A stretch of 64,000 nucleotides of DNA. Source: an uncultured Nevskia sp. (GTDB lineage Bacteria; Pseudomonadota; Gammaproteobacteria; Nevskiales; Nevskiaceae). This document shows, piece after piece, positions 20,931 to 29,213 of this stretch (the first letter of the stretch is position 1; each line of letters opens with the position of its first letter). The stretch is from positions 2,136 to 66,135 of the forward strand of contig CAYVKA010000019.1 in the NCBI GenBank assembly GCA_964451925.1. The letters run 5' to 3'. Under the pieces are notes generated by a model. It was not told the DNA's origin and made no database searches. It saw nothing but the letters and a program-made list of their open reading frames with translations. A program made the position numbers and the translations under genes.

Positions 20931-21824
20931 TCAGTGGGCGCGGCCCTGGATGAAGTCCGCCAGCCAGCACAGTGGTGCCGCCCCGCCGGGCAGCGTGCCC
21001 ACCACGGCACGGGCTTCCTCGAACAGGCTGGTGGCGCGCTGGCGGGCGCCATCCAGGCCGAGCAGGGAGGGGTAGGTGGACTTGTGCTGCGCCAGATCCT
21101 TGCCGGCGGTCTTGCCCAGCGTCTCGGTGCTGGCGGTTTCGTCCAGCACGTCGTCCTGGATCTGGAAGGCCAGGCCGATGTGGCGGCCGTAGGTTTCCAG
21201 CGCCTGCAACGCAGCCGGCGCGGCGTCCGCCGCGGCGGCGGCCATCTGCAGCGAGGCCAGGATCAGCGCGCCGGTCTTTCGCGCGTGCAGCGACTGCAGC
21301 TCGGCGAGGGGGATTTTCCGCCCTTCGGAGGCGATGTCCACCGCCTGTCCGCCGACCATGCCCAGCGAGCCGGAAGCGCGGGCCAGGATCGACACCATGC
21401 GCAGGCGCTGTTCGCTGCCCAGGCTGGGCTCGTCGGCCAGCACGGTGAAGGCCAGGGTTTGCACGCCGTCGCCGACCAGGATGCCGATGGCCTCGTCGTA
21501 GGCCTTGTGCACGGTGGGGCGGCCGCGGCGCAGGTCGTCGTCATCCATCGCCGGCAGGTCGTCATGCACCAGCGAATAGGCGTGGATCAGCTCCACCGCG
21601 CAGGCCGGCGCGTCGAGCTTCGCCACCGGCACGCCCAGTGCTTCGCCGGCGGCATAGACCAGCAGGGCGCGCAGGCGCTTGCCGCCGTCGCAGGCGTAGC
21701 GCATCGCCTGGTGCAGGCGCTCGGGGTCTTCGCTGGCGGCCGGCAGGCGGCGGTCCAGGGCTTGCGCCAGGCGTTCCAGGTAAGCCGGGACGCGGCTGCC
21801 GAAATCGGTGCTTTGCGGGTTCAT
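20931..21824 (-). CDS. ispA: Farnesyl diphosphate synthase
   Basis: GGKRLR, SLVHDDLPAMDDDDLRRGRPT (FARM), FQIQDDVLD (SARM), GKTAGKD. Confidence 0.96.
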   Translation of the reverse strand: MNPQSTDFGSRVPAYLERLAQALDRRLPAASEDPERLHQAMRYACDGGKRLRALLVYAAGEALGVPVAKLDAPACAVELIHAYSLVHDDLPAMDDDDLRRGRPTVHKAYDEAIGILVGDGVQTLAFTVLADEPSLGSEQRLRMVSILARASGSLGMVGGQAVDIASEGRKIPLAELQSLHARKTGALILASLQMAAAAADAAPAALQALETYGRHIGLAFQIQDDVLDETASTETLGKTAGKDLAQHKSTYPSLLGLDGARQRATSLFEEARAVVGTLPGGAAPLCWLADFIQGRAH

Positions 21825-21868
21825 CGTGGGACGGGCTGAAGGCTTGAAAGGGGGATCAAAAGGGGCGA

Positions 21869-22135
21869 TCAGATGTCGCTTTCGTTGGCGTCGAAGGACA
21901 CCGGCGCGTCCGGCTGCAGCAGGTTGCGCACGCGCAGTTCGGCGCTTTCCAGGGAGTTGCGGCATTCGCGGGTCAGGGTCACGCCGCGCTCGAACAGCTT
22001 GAGCGATTCCTCCAGCGGCAGGTCGCCACGTTCCATGCGCGCCACGATGTCTTCCAGCTCCTTCAGCGAGGCTTCGAAGCGGGAAACGGGGTCTGCACCC
22101 TCGTCGGTCGGGCTGGCGGCGGCTTTCTTGCTCAC
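21869..22135 (-). CDS. xseB: Exodeoxyribonuclease VII small subunit
   Basis: FEASLKELEDIVARMERGDLPLEESLKLFERGV...L..AE.RV; upstream of ispA. GTG start inferred. Confidence 0.93.
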   Translation of the reverse strand: MSKKAAASPTDEGADPVSRFEASLKELEDIVARMERGDLPLEESLKLFERGVTLTRECRNSLESAELRVRNLLQPDAPVSFDANESDI

Positions 22136-22299
22136 TGGAGGCGGTTGCTCGGAATGGCGTAGTTTACCAATTCGGGGCGGCCGGCTGGCGCCGGGGGCGC
22201 CGCCGGGACAAATCCAAAACCGGGTGCGGGCGCATCCAAGGCTGTGCAAGCCTTCCGCGAGCTGTGGTTGGCAGCGGAATTCACGAAGGAGCCGTAGCA

Positions 22300-22743
22300 A
22301 TGTTGCCGATTCTCGATGTCGATTCAGCCGTGGACGGACTGGACAAGCTGGGGCAAGCGTCGCACGGCATGTCGGGCGAGGCCTTCATGGGGCTGCTGAT
22401 CGGCCTGGTCGCCGTCGTCCTGGCTCTCGGCATGCCGGTGTTCATCGTGGTGGCGGTGCTGCGCCATCGCCTCGACAAGCAGCGCCTGGTCAACGAGCTG
22501 GCGCTGCGCCTGGCCGACAAGGGCCAGGCCATCCCGCCGGAGCTGTTTCTCGGCGCGGTCAAGCAGAAGTCCGACCTGCGGCGCGGCATCGTCTGGGCCA
22601 CGGTGGGGCTGGGTGTGTTGATGTACGGCGTGTTCGACGGCGACCACGACATCATGGGCATCGGCTTCATCCCGATGATGATCGGCATCGGCTTCGTCGC
22701 CGCCGCGCTGCTGGAGAACAAGCAGAAACAGCGCGAACTCTAG
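22300..22743 (+). CDS. Small membrane protein, DUF6249-like
   Basis: N-terminal TM helix, basic linker, DKGQAIPPEL, SDLRRGIVW...GLG, GIGFIPMMIGIG hairpin; first gene before the ECF sigma. Family name recalled, not searched. Confidence 0.7.
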   Translation: MLPILDVDSAVDGLDKLGQASHGMSGEAFMGLLIGLVAVVLALGMPVFIVVAVLRHRLDKQRLVNELALRLADKGQAIPPELFLGAVKQKSDLRRGIVWATVGLGVLMYGVFDGDHDIMGIGFIPMMIGIGFVAAALLENKQKQREL

Positions 22744-22771
22744 AGGCGGACGGAAAGGGATTCCGACGACG

Positions 22772-23359
22772 ATGTCCACTGCCGTCCCGCCGGACGCAGC
22801 GCTGGTAGCGCGCGTCCTCGCCGGCCAGGACCGTCATGCCTTCGGTGAACTGGTGCGCAGGCACCAGGGGCCGACGCGCGCCTTGCTGCGCCGGCTGTGC
22901 AAGGAAGACCATGCGCTGGCCGACGACCTGGCGCAGGAGGCCTTCCTGCAGGCATTCCGCAAGCTGGCGCAGTTCCGTGCCGACGCGGCCTTCGGCACCT
23001 GGCTGTACCGCATCGCCTACAACGTGTTCCTGATGCACGTGAGGGCGCGCAAGGAGGAGGTGTCGCTGGATGAGGCGGTGCCGCCCGAAGACGAGGAGGC
23101 CAGCGCCAAGGCTGCGCCGGAGCAGGGGCGCGGCGTGGAAGCGGACAGCGTGCGGGAACTCGATGTGCGGCGGGCGCTGTCCAAGTTGTCGGATGAGGAA
23201 CGTGCCGCCATTGTGCAGTGCTACTATCTGGATCGCAGCCATGAAGAGGCTGCCTACGTGCTGGGTTGCCCGGTGGGCACGGTAAAGTCGTACATTTTCC
23301 GGGCGAAGAAGAAGCTGCAGGTTTTATTGCCGGCCTGGGAGCCGAGGAGCGCCTCATGA
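22772..23359 (+). CDS. ECF (sigma-70 group 4) RNA polymerase sigma factor
   Basis: Region 2 ADDLAQEAFLQAF...FGTWLYRIAYN and region 4 HTH SHEEAA..LGCPVGTVKSYIFRAKKKL. Confidence 0.93.
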   Translation: MSTAVPPDAALVARVLAGQDRHAFGELVRRHQGPTRALLRRLCKEDHALADDLAQEAFLQAFRKLAQFRADAAFGTWLYRIAYNVFLMHVRARKEEVSLDEAVPPEDEEASAKAAPEQGRGVEADSVRELDVRRALSKLSDEERAAIVQCYYLDRSHEEAAYVLGCPVGTVKSYIFRAKKKLQVLLPAWEPRSAS

Positions 23360-23733
23360 ATACCGAAGCCCGCCCAGGAATGCCCTATACCGGTCTGGAC
23401 GACGCCGGTCTGGACGACGCACGCCTGGAGCGGTTGCTGCGCCAGGATGCCGCTCGCGATCCCTACATCGAGGACGGCGGCTTTACCGCGCGGGTCATGG
23501 CCGGCCTGCCGGCGCCGCGGCGGCAGCGCAGCTACAGCTGGCTGGGCCCGACCCTGGGGGGGCTGGCGGTGGTGGTGCTGGCCGGGTTCTCGCCGGTGAC
23601 GGCCGAGCTGCTGGCGCCGTTCAAGGCCGTGCTGCACGGCCAGCTGATGCCACTGCAGAGCCTGCTGGTGTTCGTGCCCCTGATCGCGCTGACCTACGGC
23701 GCCGCCTGGTTCGCCACCACCGATCCGGATTGA
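23356..23733 (+). CDS. Putative anti-sigma membrane protein (DUF5056-like)
   Basis: ATGA-coupled to the sigma stop. Short cytoplasmic N-terminus (IEDGGFTARVMAGLP) followed by two hydrophobic segments. Confidence 0.65.
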   Translation: MNTEARPGMPYTGLDDAGLDDARLERLLRQDAARDPYIEDGGFTARVMAGLPAPRRQRSYSWLGPTLGGLAVVVLAGFSPVTAELLAPFKAVLHGQLMPLQSLLVFVPLIALTYGAAWFATTDPD

Positions 23734-23766
23734 GGCGCGCGGCCGCCGCGGCTGCGCCCGGGCAGA

Positions 23767-23795
23767 TTGTTAACTGCACATACGTACAGTAAACT
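23767..23795 (+). promoter_or_regulatory. Distal sigma70 promoter of parE with LexA (SOS) box in the spacer
   Basis: TTGTTA (23767-72), 17 bp, TAAACT (23790-95). The spacer holds CTG-CACATACGTA-CAG (23774-89), a CTG-N10-CAG box flanked AA...TA. Confidence 0.65.
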
Positions 23796-23912
23796 GCGGC
23801 GGGAGTGCGCGCCGCTGCGATCGCTTGCCCGCGCCAACCGCGGCATTTTCCACCCGGGCCGCGCGATTCCCGGGCCGCCCGGCGCACGGCACCCAGGCAT
23901 GGCGCGGTTCGC

Positions 23913-23941
23913 TTGCACCCCTCGGGCGCATTCGCTAAGTT
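23913..23941 (+). promoter_or_regulatory. Proximal sigma70 promoter of parE
   Basis: TTGCAC, 17 bp, TAAGTT, ending about 42 bp upstream of the parE ATG. Confidence 0.55.
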
Positions 23942-23983
23942 CGCGCGTCTTTTGCAACAGACCGAGCGGGAAACACCAGGCCG

Positions 23984-25870
23984 ATGGCAGCCAGCAATTA
24001 CTCAGCGGAACAGATCGAGGTCCTCAGCGGGCTGGACCCGGTGCGCAAGCGCCCGGGCATGTATACCGACACCACCCGCCCCAATCATCTGGCCCAGGAA
24101 GTCATCGACAACAGCGTTGACGAGGCCCAGAACGGCCACGCCACGCGCATCGACGTGACGCTGTTCGCCGACGGCTCCTGCCAGGTGGCCGATGACGGGC
24201 GCGGCATGCCGGTGGACATCCACCCCGAGCACAAGGTGTCGGGTGTGGAACTGATCCTGACCAAGCTGCACTCCGGCGCCAAGTTTTCCAACAAGGCCTA
24301 CGGTTTCTCCGGCGGTCTGCACGGCGTCGGCGTTTCGGTGGTCAATGCACTGTCGAAGAAACTGGACGTGCATGTGTTCCGCGGCGGCGCCGAATACGCC
24401 ATGGAGTTCGCCGGCGGCGAGAAGGTTTCCAAGCTGAAGGAGATCGGCAGCGCCGCGAAGTCCCGCAGCGGCACCACGGTGCGCTTCTGGCCGGATGACA
24501 AGTATTTCGACTCGCCCAGGATTTCCGTCCCCAGGCTCAAGCAGGTGCTGCGCGCCAAGGCGGTGCTGTGTCCGAACCTGCGCGTCAGCCTGGATGACCA
24601 GGTCAACGGCGAGCAGGTGGTGTGGCAATACGAGAACGGGCTGGTCGATTACCTCAAGGACGCGCTCAATGGCGCCGAGACGGTGCCGGCCGAGCCCTTC
24701 GTCGGCAAGCTGAAAGGCCAGCGCGAGGAAGCCGAGTGGGCGCTGCTGTGGCTGGCCGAGGGCAGCGAGGGGGTTGCCGAGTCCTACGTCAACCTGATCC
24801 CCACCATCCAGGGCGGCACCCACGTCAACGGCCTGCGCACCGGCCTGACCGAGGCGATCCGCGAGTTCTGCGAGTTCCGCAACCTGTTGCCGCGCGGTCT
24901 CAAGCTCACCCCGGAGGATGTGTGGCTGGGCTGCTGCTATGTGCTGTCGGTGAAGATGCACGACCCGCAGTTCGCCGGCCAGACCAAGGAGCGGCTGTCC
25001 TCGCGCGAGACTGCCACGTTCGTGCAGGGCGTGGTGCATGACAGTTTCGGGCTGTGGCTGAACCAGCATCCGGAGACGGGTGAGCAGATTGCCGCCCTGG
25101 TGATTTCCAACGCCAATGCGCGCCTGAAGCAGGCCAAGCAGGTGGTGCGCAAGAAGATCACCAGCGGCCCGGCGCTGCCCGGCAAGCTGGCCGACTGCGT
25201 TTCCAGCGATCCGGCCCTGACCGAGATCTTTTTGGTGGAAGGCGACTCCGCCGGCGGCTCGGCCAAGCAGGCGCGCGACCGCGATACCCAGGCGGTGATG
25301 CCGCTGCGCGGCAAGATCCTGAATACCTGGGAGGCCGAATCCGGCGAGGCGCTGCGCTCCGACGAAATCCACAACATTTCCGTGGCCATCGGTGTCGACC
25401 TGGGCAGCAGCGACCTGTCGGGCCTGCGCTACGGCAAGATCTGCATGCTGGCCGACGCCGACTCCGACGGCCTGCACATCGCCACCCTGTTCTGCGCCCT
25501 GTTCCTCAAGCATTTCCGGCCGCTGATCGAGGCGGGGCACGTGTATATCGCCATGCCGCCGCTGTTCCGCGTCGACGCCGGCAAGCAGGTGTTCTATGCC
25601 CTGGACCAGGCGGAACTCGACGGCATCAAGGATCGCCTCAGCGCCGAGGGCAGCCGCGCCAAGATCAGCGTGACCCGCTTCAAGGGCCTGGGCGAGATGA
25701 ACCCGATGCAGTTGCGCGAAACCACCATGGCGCGCGACACGCGCAAGCTGGTGCAGCTGACGCTGGACGGTGATCCGGCCGATGTGATCATGGACATGAT
25801 GCTGGCGAAGAAGCGCGCCGGCGACCGCAAGGCCTGGTTGGAAGAAAACGGCGACAAAGCCGAGGTTTGA
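23984..25870 (+). CDS. parE: DNA topoisomerase IV subunit B
   Basis: EVIDNSVDE, DDGRGMP, GLHGVGVSVVNALS, VEGDSAGG, PLRGKILN, ADADSDG, RFKGLGEM. Confidence 0.97.
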   Translation: MAASNYSAEQIEVLSGLDPVRKRPGMYTDTTRPNHLAQEVIDNSVDEAQNGHATRIDVTLFADGSCQVADDGRGMPVDIHPEHKVSGVELILTKLHSGAKFSNKAYGFSGGLHGVGVSVVNALSKKLDVHVFRGGAEYAMEFAGGEKVSKLKEIGSAAKSRSGTTVRFWPDDKYFDSPRISVPRLKQVLRAKAVLCPNLRVSLDDQVNGEQVVWQYENGLVDYLKDALNGAETVPAEPFVGKLKGQREEAEWALLWLAEGSEGVAESYVNLIPTIQGGTHVNGLRTGLTEAIREFCEFRNLLPRGLKLTPEDVWLGCCYVLSVKMHDPQFAGQTKERLSSRETATFVQGVVHDSFGLWLNQHPETGEQIAALVISNANARLKQAKQVVRKKITSGPALPGKLADCVSSDPALTEIFLVEGDSAGGSAKQARDRDTQAVMPLRGKILNTWEAESGEALRSDEIHNISVAIGVDLGSSDLSGLRYGKICMLADADSDGLHIATLFCALFLKHFRPLIEAGHVYIAMPPLFRVDAGKQVFYALDQAELDGIKDRLSAEGSRAKISVTRFKGLGEMNPMQLRETTMARDTRKLVQLTLDGDPADVIMDMMLAKKRAGDRKAWLEENGDKAEV

Positions 25871-25903
25871 TCGAGCCTGCCTGGCCCGCCCCGAGATTCC
25901 CGA

Positions 25904-28159
25904 ATGAGCAACGAAATTACCGAAACCGAACGCCTGCCGCTGCGCGTCTTCGCCGAAAAGGCCTACCTCGACTACTCGATGTACGTGGTGCTGGATCGCG
26001 CCCTGCCGCACGTCGGCGACGGTCTCAAGCCGGTGCAGCGCCGCATCGTTTACGCCATGTCCGAACTGGGCATCCTGGCCACCGCCAAGCACCGCAAGTC
26101 GGCCCTGACCGTCGGCGATGTGATCGGTAAGTTCCATCCGCACGGCGATACCGCCTGTTACGAGGCGATGGTGACGATGGCGCAGCCGTTCGCCTATCGC
26201 TACCCGCTGGTGGACGGGCAGGGCAACTGGGGCTCTCCCGACGATCCCAAGTCGTTCGCCGCCTACCGCTACACCGAATCGCGGCTGACCCCTTACGCGC
26301 AGGCCCTGCTGTCGGAAATCGGCCAGGGAACGGTGGACTGGGTGCCGACTTTCGACGGCAGCCGCGAGGAGCCGCGGCTGCTGCCGGCGCGCACGCCCAA
26401 TGTGCTGGTCAACGGCACCACCGGCATCGCCGTGGGCATGGCCACCGACATTCCGCCGCACAACCTGCGCGAACTGGCGTCGGCCTGCCTGCACCTGCTG
26501 AAGCACCCCAAGGCCACGGTCGAAGAGCTGATGGAGCAGGTGCCGGGACCGGACTATCCCACCGGCAGCGAGATCGTCAGCGACCCCGCCGAGCTGCGCA
26601 AGATCTACGAAACCGGTTACGGCCAGGTACGCGCCCGCGCGCGCTGGGAGCGTGACGAGGACGGCAACATCGTCGTCACCCACGTGCCGCATCAGGTGTC
26701 GCCGACCGACCTGCAGAAGGCCATCGCCGAGCAGATCACGTCGAAGAAGCTGCCGCTGCTGACCGACATCCGCGACGAGTCCGATCACGAGAACCCGACG
26801 CGCATCGTGCTGATCGTGCGCTCCAACCGCGTCGACGCCGACGCGCTGATGGCGCACCTGTTCGCCACCACCGACCTGGAAAAGAGCCACCGCGTCAATC
26901 TCAACATGATCGGCCTGGACGGCCGGCCGCGGGTCAAGAACCTGCGCGAGATCCTGAGCGAGTGGCTGACCTTCCGCACCGCCACCGTGCGCCGCCGCGT
27001 CGAGCACCGGCTGGCCAAGGTCAACGAGCGGCTGCACATCCTCGACGCCCTGCTGGTCGCCTTCCTCAATATCGACGAGGTGATCCGCATCATCCGCTTC
27101 GAGGAAGACCCGAAAGCCGAGCTGATGCGGCGCTTCGGGCTGACCGAGATCCAGGCCGACGCGATTCTCGACCTGCGTCTGCGCCATCTGCAGAAGCTGG
27201 AGGAAATGAAGATCCGCGGCGAGCAGGCCGAACTGGCCGCGGAGCGCAAGGCGCTGGAGGAGTTGCTCGCCTCCGAGCCCAAGCTGAAGAAGCTGGTGGG
27301 ACAGGAACTGGCCGAGGACGCCAAGAAATACGGCGACGCGCGGCGCTGCCCGATCGTGGCGCGGCCGGTGGCGCAGGCCCTGGTGGCTTCCGAGATCCTG
27401 CCGTCGGAGCCGATCACGGTGGTGCTGTCCAAGGCTGGCTGGATCCGTTCGGCCAAGGGCCACGGCATCGACGCCGCCGGTCTCAGCTACAAGGCCGGCG
27501 ACGAGTTCCTGTGCGCGGCGGAGGGGCGCAGCAGCCAGCTGCTGATCCTGCTCGACAGCCGTGGCCGCGCCTATTCACTGAATCCGCGCGAACTGCCTTC
27601 GGCCCGCTCGCAGGGCGAGCCGGTGACCACCAAGCTGGACCTGCAGGACGGCGGTACGGTGATCGGCATGATGCTGGGCGAGGCCGGCGACAGGTACGTG
27701 CTGGGCGGCGGCGACGGTTACGGCTTTATCGCCAAGCTGGACGACCTGCAGGCGCGCAACCGCGCCGGCAAGGCGGCGATCAATCTGGAATTGCCGCCGT
27801 TCCCGCCGCTGCCGATGCGCGACGCGGCCGGCGACCGCCTGGCGCTGGCGACCGCCGAAGGGCGCCTGCTGGTGTTCGCGGTGAGCGAGCTGCCGGAGAT
27901 GGCCAAGGGCAAGGGCAACAAGCTGATCGCGCTGAAGGGCGAGGACCGCATCGTCGCCGCGACGGTGCTGCCGGCTGGCGCGCCGCTGGAGGTGCTGAGC
28001 GGCAAGCGCAGCCTGACGCTGAAGCGCGGCGATCTCGAGCACTACGTCGGCAGCCGCGCCAGCCGCGGCAACCACCTGCCGCGTGGCTTCACCCGGGTCG
28101 ACGGGCTGCAGCCGCTGCGCGATAAGGCGGCCGACTCCAAGCCGGAAGGCGGGGCTTGA
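25904..28159 (+). CDS. parC: DNA topoisomerase IV subunit A
   Basis: [22 protein letters not shown], catalytic [16 protein letters not shown], short C-terminal domain; follows parE. Confidence 0.97.
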   Translation: MSNEITETERLPLRVFAEKAYLDYSMYVVLDRALPHVGDGLKPVQRRIVYAMSELGILATAKHRKSALTVGDVIGKFHPHGDTACYEAMVTMAQPFAYRYPLVDGQGNWGSPDDPKSFAAYRYTESRLTPYAQALLSEIGQGTVDWVPTFDGSREEPRLLPARTPNVLVNGTTGIAVGMATDIPPHNLRELASACLHLLKHPKATVEELMEQVPGPDYPTGSEIVSDPAELRKIYETGYGQVRARARWERDEDGNIVVTHVPHQVSPTDLQKAIAEQITSKKLPLLTDIRDESDHENPTRIVLIVRSNRVDADALMAHLFATTDLEKSHRVNLNMIGLDGRPRVKNLREILSEWLTFRTATVRRRVEHRLAKVNERLHILDALLVAFLNIDEVIRIIRFEEDPKAELMRRFGLTEIQADAILDLRLRHLQKLEEMKIRGEQAELAAERKALEELLASEPKLKKLVGQELAEDAKKYGDARRCPIVARPVAQALVASEILPSEPITVVLSKAGWIRSAKGHGIDAAGLSYKAGDEFLCAAEGRSSQLLILLDSRGRAYSLNPRELPSARSQGEPVTTKLDLQDGGTVIGMMLGEAGDRYVLGGGDGYGFIAKLDDLQARNRAGKAAINLELPPFPPLPMRDAAGDRLALATAEGRLLVFAVSELPEMAKGKGNKLIALKGEDRIVAATVLPAGAPLEVLSGKRSLTLKRGDLEHYVGSRASRGNHLPRGFTRVDGLQPLRDKAADSKPEGGA

Positions 28160-28183
28160 GTCCGGCGTTGTCCCCCCTACAAT
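28156..28183 (+). promoter_or_regulatory. Putative htpX promoter (sigma70-like, with sigma32-like features)
   Basis: TTGAGT, 16 bp, TACAAT. The overlapping CTTGAG...CCCC resembles RpoH promoters, though the spacing is slightly short. Confidence 0.4.
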
Positions 28184-28220
28184 GGAATAGACCCAATCCG
28201 TTTTCGGCCGAATCCCGTTT

Positions 28221-29096
28221 ATGAAACGCATCTTGTTGTTCCTGCTGACGAATATTGCTGTGATGCTGGTGCTCGGCGTGGTCTGCAGCGTGCTCGGCGT
28301 GGACCGCTTCCTGACTCGCCAGGGCCTCAATCTGCCGATGCTGCTGGCGTTCTCCGCGGTGCTGGGCATGGGCGGTTCGTTCATCTCCCTGCTGATGTCG
28401 AAGTGGATGGCCAAGATGAGCACCGGTGCGCAGGTGCTGACCGAGCCGCGCAGCGCCCAGGAGGCCTGGCTGCTGGCCACGGTGGAGCGCGAAGCGCGCG
28501 CCGCCGGCATCGGCACGCCGGAAGTTGCGGTGTACGAGGCGCCGGAGCCGAACGCCTTCGCCACCGGTGCCAGCAAGAACAGCGCGCTGGTGGCGGTCAG
28601 CACCGGCCTGCTGCAGTCGATGACGCAGGAGGAGATCGAGGCGGTGCTGGGGCACGAGATCAGCCACGTCGCCAATGGCGACATGGTCACGCTGACGCTG
28701 ATCCAGGGCGTGGTCAACACCTTCGTCATCTTCCTGTCGCGCGTGATCGGTTATTTCGTCGACAGCGCGCTGCGCCGTGACGACGACCGCGGCGGGGTGG
28801 GTATCGGCTACTTCGTCACTTCGATGGTGATGCAGGTGCTGCTCGGCTTCCTGGCGACGATGATCGTCTGCGCCTTCTCGCGCTGGCGCGAGTTTCATGC
28901 CGATGCCGGCGGCGCCCACCTGGCCGGCAAGCGCAAGATGATCGCCGCGCTGCAGCGGCTGAAATCGCTGCACGAGCCGTCGACGCTGCCGCAGAACATG
29001 GCGGCGTTCGGCATCGCTGGCGGCGTGCAGCAGTTGTTTGCGACGCATCCGCCGCTGGATGAACGCATCGCGCGCCTGCAGGCCGGCGGCAACTGA
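28221..29096 (+). CDS. htpX: Protease HtpX (M48 zinc metalloprotease)
   Basis: [24 protein letters not shown] (HExxH), [23 protein letters not shown]. Confidence 0.97.
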   Translation: MKRILLFLLTNIAVMLVLGVVCSVLGVDRFLTRQGLNLPMLLAFSAVLGMGGSFISLLMSKWMAKMSTGAQVLTEPRSAQEAWLLATVEREARAAGIGTPEVAVYEAPEPNAFATGASKNSALVAVSTGLLQSMTQEEIEAVLGHEISHVANGDMVTLTLIQGVVNTFVIFLSRVIGYFVDSALRRDDDRGGVGIGYFVTSMVMQVLLGFLATMIVCAFSRWREFHADAGGAHLAGKRKMIAALQRLKSLHEPSTLPQNMAAFGIAGGVQQLFATHPPLDERIARLQAGGN

Positions 29097-29111
29097 CGGT
29101 CCCCATCCATG

Positions 29112-29136
29112 AAAAAGGGCGGCTGCGGCCGCCCTT
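29112..29136. terminator. Intrinsic terminator between convergent htpX and the fimX-like gene
   Basis: AAAAAGGGCGGC-tgcg-GCCGCCCTT: 9-bp stem with a U-tract on the minus strand. Confidence 0.7.
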
Positions 29137-29213
29137 GTTGGTTTGATCGGAGTTCCCCGCCGTCCCCGACACCGGGTGGAATGCCGTTGAGGCATCCGCC
29201 AAAGCGTGATTCC

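Noticed and set aside
22205-22240. Autoregulatory ECF promoter upstream of the DUF6249-like gene
   Set aside because: AAAC and GCATC elements are present, but their spacing does not fit a consensus I can defend.
24002-27463. 1153-aa minus-strand ORF and similar long antisense ORFs (e.g. 448-1686, 7863-9884, 12904-14616, 18164-20176, 35715-37481)
   Set aside because: Shadow frames of well-supported genes in high-GC DNA; no recognisable motifs.
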